Assembly (NCBI GenBank): GCA_051530055.1
Contig: CM121342.1
Span: 5,455,489-5,519,488 of the forward strand
From: Neoechinorhynchus agilis
Lineage: Eukaryota > Animalia > Acanthocephala
Direction: 5' to 3'
DNA length: 64,000 nt
Under the pieces are notes generated by a model. It was not told the DNA's origin. It saw only the letters and a program-made list of their open reading frames with translations, and ran no database searches. Position 1 is the first letter of the stretch. Each line of letters opens with the position of its first letter. Shown in pieces: positions 21,246 to 33,198 of this stretch. The translations under genes were made by a program, and so were the position numbers.

Positions 21246-23003
21246 ATGAGATCGTCTACAAAACGCAATTCCTATCTTCTTCTTCTAAAAATGAACAGAA
21301 ATAAAAAGTCAGCGAACAACTCCAGCATTGCAGAAAGCAAAGATTGCGACTTCATTCGACCACGAAGATTGAACGACAAACGACGTTTTAGCGACTTAGG
21401 GGAAAACGTTCCTCAGCGGTCTGAATTCAATAAAGACATTTTGGTATTGGTCGTTAGTACAGTCGATAATGACGAATTTTTCGTATGGAAGATGAACGAT
21501 TTTTCACAAAATACGAAGTTTCATCGTCGTTTCAACTCACATTTCCAGAATGAAAGGTGTCTTTTTTCTCTTCGAAGGACTAACATAAAAGATTCGTTCA
21601 TTTATGCCGTCAAGGTTTCAAACGTATTCTACCGAGCAAAGTTGGAAACCTCCGTAAGAGGCCAAGGACCAATCGGTATGCTTCTAGTAGATTTTGGCAT
21701 AACTGTCGATATAATGGAGGATTGCGTGTTCAATTGTCCAAGGGAATTCAGAGACAATGACCAAATGGCTTTTCGATGCAAATTCGCTGATATGGAAGTT
21801 AATGGCGATGAGTACCGATGTGCATCCAAAACACTCACTGCAATGACTCGCGATTTAGTTTTTCGGGCAAAATTTTTATTTGTAGAAGTTTTATTGAAAA
21901 TCGCCACCGTTGCTGAATTATGGAAAGTTCCGGGTCCGGTTGATGTCTGTCCGGACAATGCAAATGAATTTCGCATGAATGACTTCACTGAATCGGTTCG
22001 AGATTTACTAGTACGATACACAAAAAATGAGATTCCAAACCCTTATTATTCACGAATGGAAACAAAAATCGACGATTATAAAATGGACTTATTGGTAAAA
22101 AAATGCGATCAATCATCAGAAACGATAAGTGAGCAATCCACGAGTTCGTCAATAGGAAACACCGAAATAAAGAAACTGAAAAGTCGACACTCAAACGAGT
22201 CAACAGCGCCAATCACCAGTAAAGAATGGAAATGGGAAAAACAATTTTCTAGAACAATCAACGATGTAGATCTTTTGCGACCAAAACCTTCAAATCGCAA
22301 TCTTCGATTTTGTGATCTAAACGCAAACCTTCCGGATAAGACTCAATTTTCCGGCAAAAGTCGTGTCTATGTGTCCAGTGTAGATTCTTTGCGACACTTT
22401 CATATTTGGCTCATGCGCGATTTCGATAACAATTGGAAATCAATCAACGAACTCAGGGATTACTTCTCAACCAAAACCAACAGGAAGATCGTCTTTCAGA
22501 AAAATTTACGGCTAAACGCTCTTTACGTAGTCGAATTTCAAAGGGTGATTTACAGAGCATTACTTGAGGATCCATTTGTCAGCCAAGACAAAGTTCAGGT
22601 TTCCCTTGTGGATTTTGGACAACGCGTTCAAGTCAAAGTGACCGATATTTTCTTCTGCCCACGACGATTCGAAAAACTTCCCTACATGGCTTATCCGTGC
22701 GCATTGGATCGTGACCAAATTCCTGATCGTTGCGAAGGACGATGTCTCAATTCTGTACTTGATTCAAAATTCTTTGAAGTCCGAATGCTTTACGTCGACA
22801 TTAAATCTTGGATCCACATTGTAGTCGACTTATGGAAAGTTCTTAATGATAGAAACGATAGTCGAGTGCCTATAAGGCATTTACTTTTATCAGCTTTAAG
22901 AGACGATCGACGCATAAAACAGAGAAAAGTCTCCAAAAACCAAAACGAGGATTACGATCGCCCAATATTTGGCCGGAAACGAAAATATTTGCGCAAAACC
23001 TAA
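21246..23003 (+). CDS. Tudor-domain protein, long paralog (two extended Tudor domains, 585 aa); intronless
   Basis: Two repeats of the pattern FYRA/IYRA...LVDFG...F.CP..F....MA..C, typical of TDRD-type extended Tudor domains. Confidence 0.88.
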   Translation: MRSSTKRNSYLLLLKMNRNKKSANNSSIAESKDCDFIRPRRLNDKRRFSDLGENVPQRSEFNKDILVLVVSTVDNDEFFVWKMNDFSQNTKFHRRFNSHFQNERCLFSLRRTNIKDSFIYAVKVSNVFYRAKLETSVRGQGPIGMLLVDFGITVDIMEDCVFNCPREFRDNDQMAFRCKFADMEVNGDEYRCASKTLTAMTRDLVFRAKFLFVEVLLKIATVAELWKVPGPVDVCPDNANEFRMNDFTESVRDLLVRYTKNEIPNPYYSRMETKIDDYKMDLLVKKCDQSSETISEQSTSSSIGNTEIKKLKSRHSNESTAPITSKEWKWEKQFSRTINDVDLLRPKPSNRNLRFCDLNANLPDKTQFSGKSRVYVSSVDSLRHFHIWLMRDFDNNWKSINELRDYFSTKTNRKIVFQKNLRLNALYVVEFQRVIYRALLEDPFVSQDKVQVSLVDFGQRVQVKVTDIFFCPRRFEKLPYMAYPCALDRDQIPDRCEGRCLNSVLDSKFFEVRMLYVDIKSWIHIVVDLWKVLNDRNDSRVPIRHLLLSALRDDRRIKQRKVSKNQNEDYDRPIFGRKRKYLRKT

Positions 23004-24363
23004 TAAAAATAATTTGTAAATAAAAGAAGTCTAGAAATGTGAGTGAAAAATATTGATTTTTTAGCAGAAAGCGAAACGAAAATTATTTTAGTCATATTAA
23101 ATTTACAAATCCTTCGAATAAAAACGAGACGAAAATTACGGATTTTTTTGCACAGCATCGATAAAAATATTTTTCGCGTACTTTTGATTTAATTCCACTT
23201 ACATAAATGCGGGCCATTTGAGTCAAGATAAAACATCCCAGAAATGCATTAGACTCTTTAAATGACGGTAGGTTTTTTCGTTCACCGAAAAAAGTAATTA
23301 ATCGTCCACGCTCTACTCTTGAATCAAATTTGCATTTGAATGCAGTTTACACGATTAATTGTTCATAAATAACTGGATGATGGATACGTAAACGACAATC
23401 GAGACTATGCAATGATTTTTGGTTTTTAAAAAGCGTGATAATGTAACTAACCTGCTAAATGAATCGAAGAAATTATTGATCCGATGATAGCTTTTATTGG
23501 TCCGTTCAATGAAGTCGCCTTTTTTTCATAAAAAATATGATTGAATTGCGTAAACTAGATAAGGAAGCCATCGTTCTTTGTTCCATGCAAAATGATAATT
23601 TTGATCCGAGTAAATAAAATTTTAATTATGAGATAAGCAGTAATGCATTTTAGTTCATTAAATGGCTTCTTATTAAATTCTACTCACATTAAATAGTCTC
23701 AACGTAAGAGTTAAGAGTAAATAAATAGATGAAAGGATACTTGTGGACCTGTATGATCGTTTGTGGTAAAGTGATGACTCCCTGGACTACAAATCGATCT
23801 TTTAAGTTCCATGAAACACTTCAGTAAATTTGGTAGATGGACGAGATAAGGTGTATGTGAGTACCATTGTCGATATTATTATTGGTTGCCTAAATTAATT
23901 TTTTTTGAAGAACTTTAAAGATAGCTTTTGATCTAACATGGCTAACAGAATCAAGCGAATGATAAGTGAATTTGCGAAATGATCCCAAGTATTTATAATT
24001 ATATCAAACAGAATGTATGATGGCGGTGTTCAAAGTACTCGGCGCTGGCTAATTTTAAAAGGTTAGAAACGCCCCCCCAATGAACACCATCATCAATAAA
24101 GCATTCCAAATATACACATAAATAATCTTCGTCGATTAACTAGTCCATTTGATTGTTTTAAAAGTTGAATATCTCGGTCTTTAATTTGAATGGTCTTTGA
24201 CAATATGATTTTAGAGACAAAAAAAGGCTTTACAAACAACCTCTTTTTCTACACTCTTCAATGGTTGTTTTAGTCGCATATTGTATCTAAAACGAATAAA
24301 ACGATATTAAAAGCTCGAACAAAATGGCACCGATAAACGATCGCAATTATTTACAATTGAACA

Positions 24364-24660
24364 TTAAACATAAAAGGCATTCCCATCTTCCATTTCTTTT
24401 TCCACATCTTTCCACGTTTCCTTCATGTAATTTAATACGCGATGAGCATCATGGAGGTCGTCTTTTAGTTTGTCGTCACTTGGACGCCATTGACGATTTT
24501 TAAACAATTTAGCCTTGTCGTCCAATTTGTTCGACTTATTCTGTACAAACTTAAGATCATCATCTAAACTATCGATTGTATTATTATGAGATTGTTTTTT
24601 GCTGAAAGCCTAAGTCGACTCACGTGTCTCTGTTGTTGATTTTGAACGTGCAGTATCCAT
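24364..24660 (-). CDS. Putative 78-aa two-exon protein of unknown function
   Basis: ATG at 24660; GTGAGT...TTTAG intron 24623-24564 joins in phase 1 to an open frame (HDDLKFVQNKSNK...EMEDGNAFYV*). No homology recognised. Confidence 0.4.
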
Positions 24661-24976
24661 AAAATTTTAGGAAAAGAATTCTGAAATTGTTAAGGCACGG
24701 TAAAAAATACGATTGAAGTGTCCAAAAACTTTACGGATATTGTAGAAAATCGACGAAGATGCATACGAACGTAAAAGACCATCTTTTTTTGAAGTGGTCG
24801 AAAATCCACGTTCGTTTACATGGCGCTTTTTTCGACCGGGCGAAAAGCAACGCAAGTGGCTAGGGTTCTTGACGTGTAGAATTAAAGGAAAAGGAGATGA
24901 AAAGATCTTTTGTCCGAGCGTCTTCTGGTCATGATTGTTACTCAAACTCTTCAACAACAAAAAAAGAAGTCCACTT

Positions 24977-25375
24977 TTATTCAATCTCGGCAACTTCGGT
25001 AAGTAATCCCTTATATGAAACGACGGGAACATGGAAAGCGACAGTATAAAGTTTATGTTTACTTTCCTTATCTTCGTTTCGTCTTCTTTCCAATCGAATT
25101 CTAAGTCGATAAGGGACGTGTTTGACACCGGTAGCCCAAATCACTTTATTTAGGCCGGTATCGATTCTAACGTCTTCGGTTTTCATTGCTTGTTGAGCAA
25201 ACTTCCGGATCGCTTTAATGGCACGTGGAGCACGGCGTTTAAAGCTAATCTTATGGATCCGTTTATGGAGATTGATGGTGAATATTCGGCACATCACATC
25301 AGCGGTCACCGGTTTATCCCCTTGTCGACGACGTGGTTTTTGAATAGTTTTTTTCTTCGTTTGAGTCGAAGTCAT
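24977..25375 (-). CDS. RPL31: 60S ribosomal protein L31 (eL31); intronless
   Basis: FTINLHKRIH, FKRRAPRAIKAIRKFA, DVRIDTGLNK and VPYRLRIRL motifs. Confidence 0.98.
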   Translation of the reverse strand: MTSTQTKKKTIQKPRRRQGDKPVTADVMCRIFTINLHKRIHKISFKRRAPRAIKAIRKFAQQAMKTEDVRIDTGLNKVIWATGVKHVPYRLRIRLERRRNEDKESKHKLYTVAFHVPVVSYKGLLTEVAEIE

Positions 25376-25466
25376 TTTTTTTGTCTAGAACAAGCGAGAG
25401 AAGGACTCAAAACTTTTTTGACCGAACAAATTTATAGTGTGTGTGTGTGAAATGAAACTAAAAATC

Positions 25467-26671
25467 TCACACGTTCGGTTCCGTCGTGATTCTTAAAGGG
25501 AACTTGAGTCCATCTCCATTGCTTGAGAACACGAACGGATTTAAAGCTTTCACAGATGAGGATCCGAATACTTGCTGGAGATTCCGGACGAATCCCACGT
25601 CGTAAGCTCGTTTATGGACGCATCCGTCCCTGAACACCGGCGACCTATAGTTCTCAATGGTTGTCCGATTTCTGGACAATAAAAACGAATGATAGACCAA
25701 AAGAATGAGTGACGAGAAGCTTTTGGGTTCCTTCTTTCAAGTGCGCTCTCTCGAAAGACGGAACCTTCTCTAAAACAAAAGAAACAAGACAGATGATGGA
25801 GATGGAGACACGAGCTTCCGAATTGGGCGAGAAAGAACCTAATTTTTGTTTAAGGTAACGTTTCAACGAAAACTCGAGTCTTACTTGGATTGTCGGTTGC
25901 GTTGTTGAACACGTACCGTACGGCGAATTCGAGTCCTGTCGCCCACAGGAACGAATTGAACACGACTCCGTACATTAAGACAAGCAGGAAAAACTTGTAG
26001 TTTGTGAACGAAACGCAATTGTTCAACCTCCAAAAAAAACGGAACCGATGATGAACTCGCTCGTAGTCGCCTCCTCTACTCACCAAACGCAATGATGGTC
26101 CATTTTGAGGACGCATTGATTACACGATGAACAATGATGAGCTCGGTCCGGTTTTAGGCAACAACATACAGCACAGTACCGGACTCCACATTGAGTCGGA
26201 GCTTTTGTTCTCAAGTCCAAAGTATCCGCCCGATTCCTTAAAATCTGAACGGCTTCGTCTTCGTGTCGTTGAACGTCGTCCAATTGATGAACAATGGACA
26301 CTTGGTCACTGGAAAGTTGGTACTGTTCAAAACGAAGAAGGAGAACGAAAAAAAGGCGTCACACTTTGTGTACCTCCTTAGGTGGTCTCGCTGGTCCTCG
26401 CTTTACAGTCTGAAAGATACTCTCACTTACAAGAACCCACAGAAACACAAATAAAACAATGTAAACTATCTTCTTGGCCAAACTGTTCTCAGCACGATCT
26501 AAAGGAGCCGGGTGACAAAAAGAATTTCGCCGAAAAAAACCAACCAATACAAATGTGTCTCGGGTACGCGTACAGTACCCAAATGAGCAATCCAACCAAT
26601 AACAACACTGGCAACCAACCAAATATCCGACCGTAGTAACGACGACCGCCTTTCAATAATTCAGAATTCAT
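25467..26671 (-). CDS. DHHC palmitoyltransferase, ZDHHC2/15/20 group; multi-exon
   Basis: [32 protein letters not shown] plus [15 protein letters not shown]. The C-terminus has [20 protein letters not shown] and NGDGLKFP. The N-terminus has [19 protein letters not shown]. Confidence 0.93.
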
Positions 26672-26887
26672 TTTGTGATCGTCTAAGGTGGGCCGGGTGG
26701 AACGTTGAACCAATCGATTCTTCCGTGTACAAAGTTCGTTTCAAAATGGACTCTCGGGGTTTTAAATTCAATTATTTCAATGGACTCTCTTTAAAAAACA
26801 ACCAGCTTGCAAAAAAACAGGAACCAATCCTGAGTGTGTTTTTCATTCTAAACAAGATCAAAGATGGAGGGCCGAAATATTGAATTT

Positions 26888-29400
26888 GGTTCTCCAGAAC
26901 AACCAACGAACTATGAATCATCTTTTCAATATTTAGATCCCGGTGAAAAATTGAATTTTGAATAAATAATCAATTGTGGTTCTCCAAAACAACCAGCGAA
27001 CTATGAATCATCTTTTCAATATTTCCATCCCGGTGAAAAATTGAATTTTGAATAAATAATCAATTGTGGTTCTCCAAAACAACCAATAAACTATGAATCA
27101 TCTTTTCAATATTTCCATCCCGGTGAAAAATTGAATTTTGAATAAATAATCAATTGTGGTTCTCCAAAACAACCAACGAACTATGAATCATCTTTTCAAT
27201 ATTTAGATCCCGGTGAAAAATTGAATTTTGAATAAATAATCAATTGTGGTTCTCCAAAACAACCAACAAACTATGAATCATCTTTTCAATATTTAGATCC
27301 GTGAAAAATTGAATTTTGAATAAATAATCAATTGTGGTTCTCCAACACAACTATGAATCATCTTTTCAATATTTCCATCCGTGAAAAATTGAATTTTGAA
27401 TAAATAATCAATTGTGGTTCTCCAAAACAACAAACTATGAATCATCTTTTCAATATTTCCATCCCGGTGAAAAATTGAATTTGAATAAATAATCAATTGT
27501 GGTTCTCCAAAACAACAACTATGAATCATCTTTTCAATATTTATCCCGGTGAAAATTGAATTTTGAATAAATAATCAATTGTGGTTCTCCAAAACAAACT
27601 ATGAATCATCTTTTCAATATTTCCATCCCGGTGAAAAATTGAATTTTGAATAAATAATCAATTGTGGTTCTCCAAAACAACCAGCAAACTATGAATCATC
27701 TTTTCAATATTTCCATCCCGGTGAAAATTTGAATTTTGAATAAATAATCAATTGTGGTTCTCAACAAAACAAACTATGATCATCTTTTCAATATTTATCG
27801 TGAAAATTGAATTTTGAATAAATAATCAATTGTGGTTCTCCAAAACAACCAACAACTATGAATCATCTTTTCAATATTTCATCCCGGCGAAAAATTGAAT
27901 TTTGAATAAATAATCAATTGTGGTTCTCCAAAACAACCAATAAACTATGAATCATCTTTTCAATATTTCCATCCCGGTGAAAAATTGAATTTTGAATAAA
28001 TAATCAATTGTGGTTCTCCAAAACAACCAGCGAACTATGAATCATCTTTTCAATATTTCCACCCGGTGAAAAATTGAATTTTGAATAAATAATCAATTGT
28101 AGTTCTCCAAAACAACCAATAAACTATGAATCATCTTTTCAATATTTAGATCCCGGTGAAAAATTGAATTTTGAATAAATAATCAATTGTGGTTCTCCAA
28201 AACAACCAACAAACTATGAATCATCTTTTCAATATTTAGATCCCGGTGAAAAATTGAATTTTGAATAAATAATCAATTGTAGTTCTCCAAAAAAAGCAAC
28301 AAACTATGAATAATCTTTTCAATATTTCCATCCCGGTGAAATATTGAATTTTGAATAAATAATCAATTGTGGTTCTCCAAAACAACCAATAAACTATGAA
28401 TCATCTTTTCAATATTTAGATCCCGGTGAAAAATTGAATTTAATCAATAATCAATTGTAGTTCTCCAAAACAACCAGCGAACTATGAATAATCTTTTCAA
28501 TATTTCCATCCCGGTGAAATATTGAATTTTGAATAAATAATCAATTGTGGTTCTCCAAAACAACCAACAAACTATGAATCATCTTTTCAATATTTCCATC
28601 CCGGCGAAAATTTGAATTTTGAATAAATAATCAATTGTGGTTCTCAAAAACAACCAGCGAACTATGAATCATCTTTTCAATATTTCCATCCCGGTGAAAA
28701 TTTGAATTTTGAATAAATAATCAGTTGTGGTTCTCCAAAACAACCAGCGAACTATGAATCATCTTTTCAATATTTCCATCCCGGTGAAAATTTGAATTTT
28801 GAATAAATAATCAATTGTGGTTCTCCAAAACAACCAAATTTAAACAACCAGGAACTATGAATCATCTTTTCAATATTTCCATCCCGGTGAAAATTTGAAT
28901 TTTGAATAAATAATCAATTGTGGTTCTCCAAAACAACCAATAAACTATGAATCATCTTTTCAATATTTCCATCCCGGTGAAATATTGAATTTTGTATAAA
29001 TAATCAATTGTGGTTCTCCAAAACAACCACCACAAAAAACATCGAAGGCTAATGTTGTAGATTTAATAATTTCAATGGACTTTTTAGAAAACAACCACCT
29101 TGAAAAAATAATTCGTAGTTTGTTGGTTGTTTTGAAGAAATACAATTGATTATTTATTAAATTCAAACTTTTACTGGATATAACTTGATAATCCCTGAGT
29201 GTTTTTTTTGATTCTAAACAAGATCCAAGATGGAGGGCCGAAATATTGAATTTAATAAATAATCAATTGTGGTTCTCCAAAACAACCAGCGAACTATGAA
29301 TCATCTTTTCAATATTTCCATCCCGGTGAAAAATTTAATTTAATAAATAATCAGTTGTAGTTCTTCAAAAACAACCAACAAACAACCACCACAAGAAACA
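26888..29400. repeat. 90-bp AT-rich satellite: about 24-unit main array (26888-29029) plus a short second block (29254-29400)
   Basis: CTATGAATCATCTTTTCAATATTT recurs at 27001, 27091, 27181 and onward. Confidence 0.98.
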
Positions 29401-30501
29401 TCGAAAGGCCGATGTATGATCGATAGTGAAAAGTTTTAAATTTTGATGTTTTGAGAACTGAGAGAGAGTTACTTAGACTAAACGTGATTTTTAATCGGTT
29501 CCGACTGTCTCATCCCCATCTAAAGAACAAACGGACCAAAATGTCGATAAAAACATCACGACGGCGCGAAACTGCCATGGTTAAACGTTTAACAAACGCT
29601 TACACCGATCCGTCGAATGTTGTTTAATGATCCCGTCCCCGGATAAAAGTCATTTTATTGATTAGGGAGATATTTGGAAGTCCTTTTTACCGATAGAAGC
29701 CAGATTATGATACCTACAATTTTTAAAACATGAACTCTTCAAACATTTTGAACAGTCTCCGAATTTAAAATTGAACTTGAATCATCACCTCTCTCTCTCA
29801 TTTTTGGACAATGAGTTTTGTTTTAAACAAAAAGTATGTGCAATTCACTTTTAATGAAGACAATTAATTTTTAGAGTCTCATTAAAAATGCACTTGGTTT
29901 CAGTGGATATTTTCGTTCCTCGTGTTTTTTATTCTTCTTCTAAATACGAATTTGAGTGTTCGCGGCGACACATCCAAGATGAATCATCGGTGAAAAAATA
30001 CACTGACACCTAATTCAAAGCTCTTTTTCGCACCAAAAAACGTCAAATTATTTAGAATTGATTCAAACAAAGTCGGAATCCATTTTTTGGGTGGTGGGGA
30101 ACGAAATATATTGTTTGCATCTAGTTTTTAGCCACTTTTTAACCGACAACGATAAAATCTGAGAACCTAACCGGCGGTTCATCATCAGATTTGTATTTTA
30201 AAACTGATGATGAGCCACGGGTATGAAAACCTCTCTAAACAATAATCTCACATATCGACAAAAATGTATACTTTTGGTTTAAAACAAAACTCACTTGCTA
30301 TTAAAAAAAGATTTTCGAAATCAACTACTTTTTTATAGATCTTTACTGAGAATCGAATGAATGGAATCCTGCGTTTTCATGAAATTGGCCGGTTACTGCA
30401 ATTCCGAAAATAAAGCCATCAGTTTATGTGTACCGAAATTGACGGCCTAGTAACGGTCCACATAATAAAACCCTTTTTTTGAAGAAAAAGAGACAAGCCT
30501 C

Positions 30502-30787
30502 AACACGCTCGCAGCATCCAACTTACTGGATTCCACTTCAAAGCCGGGAGCAGTCGAAAGCTTCAGCGAGGAAAAGAAGCGGCATAAATACTCGCTCGAT
30601 GGGCATCAATATATTTTCATCTCGATTGCGGTGGAAACACTGGGATGTCTCGGAAAAGAAGCCGATTATTTCATTTTCCCGACTGGGAGGGATGCTAAAA
30701 CATGCCACCGGCGATATGCGATCCAGCAGCTTCCTATTGCAGCGAATCAGCGCGGCCATCAAGGAAGCTGCATTTGTATTCTCTTAA
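30502..30787 (+). mobile_element. 3' fragment of an RLE-type (CRE-like) non-LTR retrotransposon, frameshifted
   Basis: NTLAASNL...EEKKRHKY...YIFISIAVETLGCLGKEADYF [frameshift] RLGGMLKHATGDMRSSSFLLQRISAAI matches the C-terminal consensus DTLA.S...AE..K..KY...F.P.AVETLG.WG...LG.RL...TGD.R...FL.QRIS.AIQ. Confidence 0.85.
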
Positions 30788-30973
30788 ATTTTAAATTTAG
30801 TTTATATTTAAAAAAGATTCTAACTATTAATCAGTATTTAATTTGACAAATACGACCTAGACAATTGTTAAAGTGTTTTATTGGTACTTAAATGCTGAAG
30901 CCGTAAAACGGCGATAGCTACAAATTAAGACATTCGCCTGAAAAATCAAGCGGCGATTCACGCCATTAATAAG

Positions 30974-31157
30974 TATTATAAGGAAAGTGAGGAAAAAATT
31001 ATATATCAAAGACTTTAATTGGAATATTTCTTTCAATCGCACTGGACTTTTTCACTGTGAATTATTGTTTACAAGTCGACGTAAACACTTGTAAACAATA
31101 ATTCACAGTGATTGGACGAAATATTTCAATTAAAGGCTTCCTCACTTTCACATAATA
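30974..31157. repeat. Imperfect 184-bp fold-back with a perfect 24-bp central inverted repeat
   Basis: 31053-31076 and 31087-31110 are exact reverse complements. Outer arms are 31009-31030/31118-31139 (2 mismatches) and GAAAGTGAGGAA/TTCCTCACTTTC. Confidence 0.9.
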
Positions 31158-31560
31158 AAGGAAAAACTATAAGCAGAATGAAATCCTCTTGTGAACATTT
31201 ACGATTTCGATATTTGATCATTAAGAGAAATTTTCCAGGGTGATACAGTAATAAACTTTGAATAAATACTTTAAACCCCACGTCGGGAAGTTCATAGGAA
31301 TAAATTGTAATCGTTGTAAATTAATAAATTCGTTACTTTCGAAAAAAAAATTTGAGTCGTACATTTCATAACGTTTATTGCATAAAAATCGTATCACATG
31401 TTAATTTGGTCAATTTCGGTTGCTTTTTTCTTCATACTGATCCATGGATTTCTAAATTTTATAACTAAAAAACAAACAAGAAAGTATATTTTTACAAAAA
31501 AACCCTATTCGAATGACCTTCTTAAATAGCATTTTGGTGAAGCTTACAAAAAAATCTGGT

Positions 31561-31893
31561 TCAATAAGAATAGATTTCAGGTTCGTCGCAATCAACCCAA
31601 AAACGAGTTCTGTCCTCAGGAACGATCACCATTTCTCTTAAATATTGAATATATTCCATTGTTGCCATGAGAGTATGTAGTTTTCTGTACTTTAGTTCAA
31701 TTCGATTACTTCTCATTGCATTTCGGCGTGGTGGATACTGGGAAACAAGAGGTACAATTTGTTCTAGATGGATAAAATAGTCATTGAGTCGTTGGTTCCG
31801 CCGTTTCTCGTTGTAGTTTTTCCGGCTTCGTTTTAACCTTAATCCATTGTCGCTGTCCTCTTCCAAACTCAAAGACTGGTAAGATCTTTTCAT
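31561..31893 (-). CDS. Divergent single-exon bHLH transcription factor
   Basis: Basic region/helix 1 RSRKNYNEKRRNQRLNDYFIHLEQIVP; helix 2 KLHTLMATMEYIQYLREM. First ATG at 31893. Confidence 0.85.
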   Translation of the reverse strand: MKRSYQSLSLEEDSDNGLRLKRSRKNYNEKRRNQRLNDYFIHLEQIVPLVSQYPPRRNAMRSNRIELKYRKLHTLMATMEYIQYLREMVIVPEDRTRFWVDCDEPEIYSY

Positions 31894-33198
31894 TGGATTA
31901 TTGTGTGAAAGAAATAGGGAACTAATAACCACGCCTCTCGTTTCTGATTCGGTAGATCACAACAGGAGTCCATTATCACCCTCAAAATCAGTTATAAATC
32001 AAACAAAAAATTGAGCTCAAATTTATTTAGCTGCTAAAACTTATCTGATCAAACTGATCGAAAGGCCAATCAGCCAAGTTCATTGAAGAAGTGCATCAAT
32101 TTCTAGCATCTTATCTGATTTACTAGAGGAGACAGAAGCGTTCAATTTAGCTGCTTGAAATAGACATTTCTAATTGTTTTTGTGTCCGACAGCGTGAAAA
32201 ATAAACAAATCGTGCAAAATGTTCTTATGTAGCCAACAGGATTCAAGAAAACAAAATTGATTCGCGAAAATAGGTCAGCATTAACTTACACAACCACAAA
32301 AAACAACTATTTAATTTACTGATCTCCCCTTCGACCTCAACAAATCCCCATTGTTTTCCAGCCAAAATATTGTTTATCGCTCAAATAACGATTATTCTAT
32401 CTTCACACAAATGCCCCACAAAGATTACGCAAAATTGAATGTGGGGCCAATTCTTGTTTTCTAATAAAAAAAACTTGTTCCCCGATTATGCGTCTTTCAA
32501 AATAAGTGACATTTCCGAGCAATCTCAGAAGTTATCGAGACCAAAAATTCAGGACCTTTTAGGAATTCATCAGCTATTCTTCAACGATTAATCGGCATGA
32601 AATGCTTTCAATGGTGGTGTTTTGTGTACCTCGAATTTAGGCTGTTTCACATCATCTTTTGTTCAACAAATTGACCTAAATTCGATTGTGAATTTGGTTC
32701 GCAAAAATGATTTCTTTTTGTTTGTGCTTTGGAAAATGTGAGAGTGTTCATAAACCCAAAACTCTAAAACCCATAAAAATACTTGGCTCCATAAAATTGA
32801 GTATATAAAATCCTAGCAATGTATTCTGAAAATCACGCTTATTCGAATAAAAGCGAAAAAGTTGAATATCTCATTCCAATTTGCAATTTCAGTCTCGTTC
32901 CGCCGCCGCCGCCGTGAAATGTATACATTTGACGGCCGTCGACGGATCAATAAACGAACGTACAATGCAAATTTTGCACTCGTTGGTCGTATTTGAATTC
33001 TCGTTTTAGCTAAAATCTTTTTGAAAGGGGTTTCTAAACGCCCTTCGAGTATACACATCTCCATTGTGTGTGTCTCGCTTAGGGAGACACTTGCACCAAT
33101 TGAGACATCCCGACAAATGCGTCTATTTTGTCTTTTGTTGATATAACCTTCTTTTTTTGTAGACAGACGTTGAACCACCATCTTCTACAAACTCAAAA

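Noticed and set aside
23820-24065. Faint SMC-like text (MDEI...RMISEFAK.SQVFIII)
   Set aside because: In-frame stops, short length and no Walker/signature motifs; too weak to call.
24667-25128. 153-aa ORF overlapping RPL31
   Set aside because: An alternative frame over RPL31 and its 3' region, with no protein-like features.
27290-27860. Cluster of 90-bp units with scattered small deletions
   Set aside because: The pattern looks like unpolished long-read indel error rather than a real subfamily. It also warns that some frameshifts elsewhere may be artefacts.
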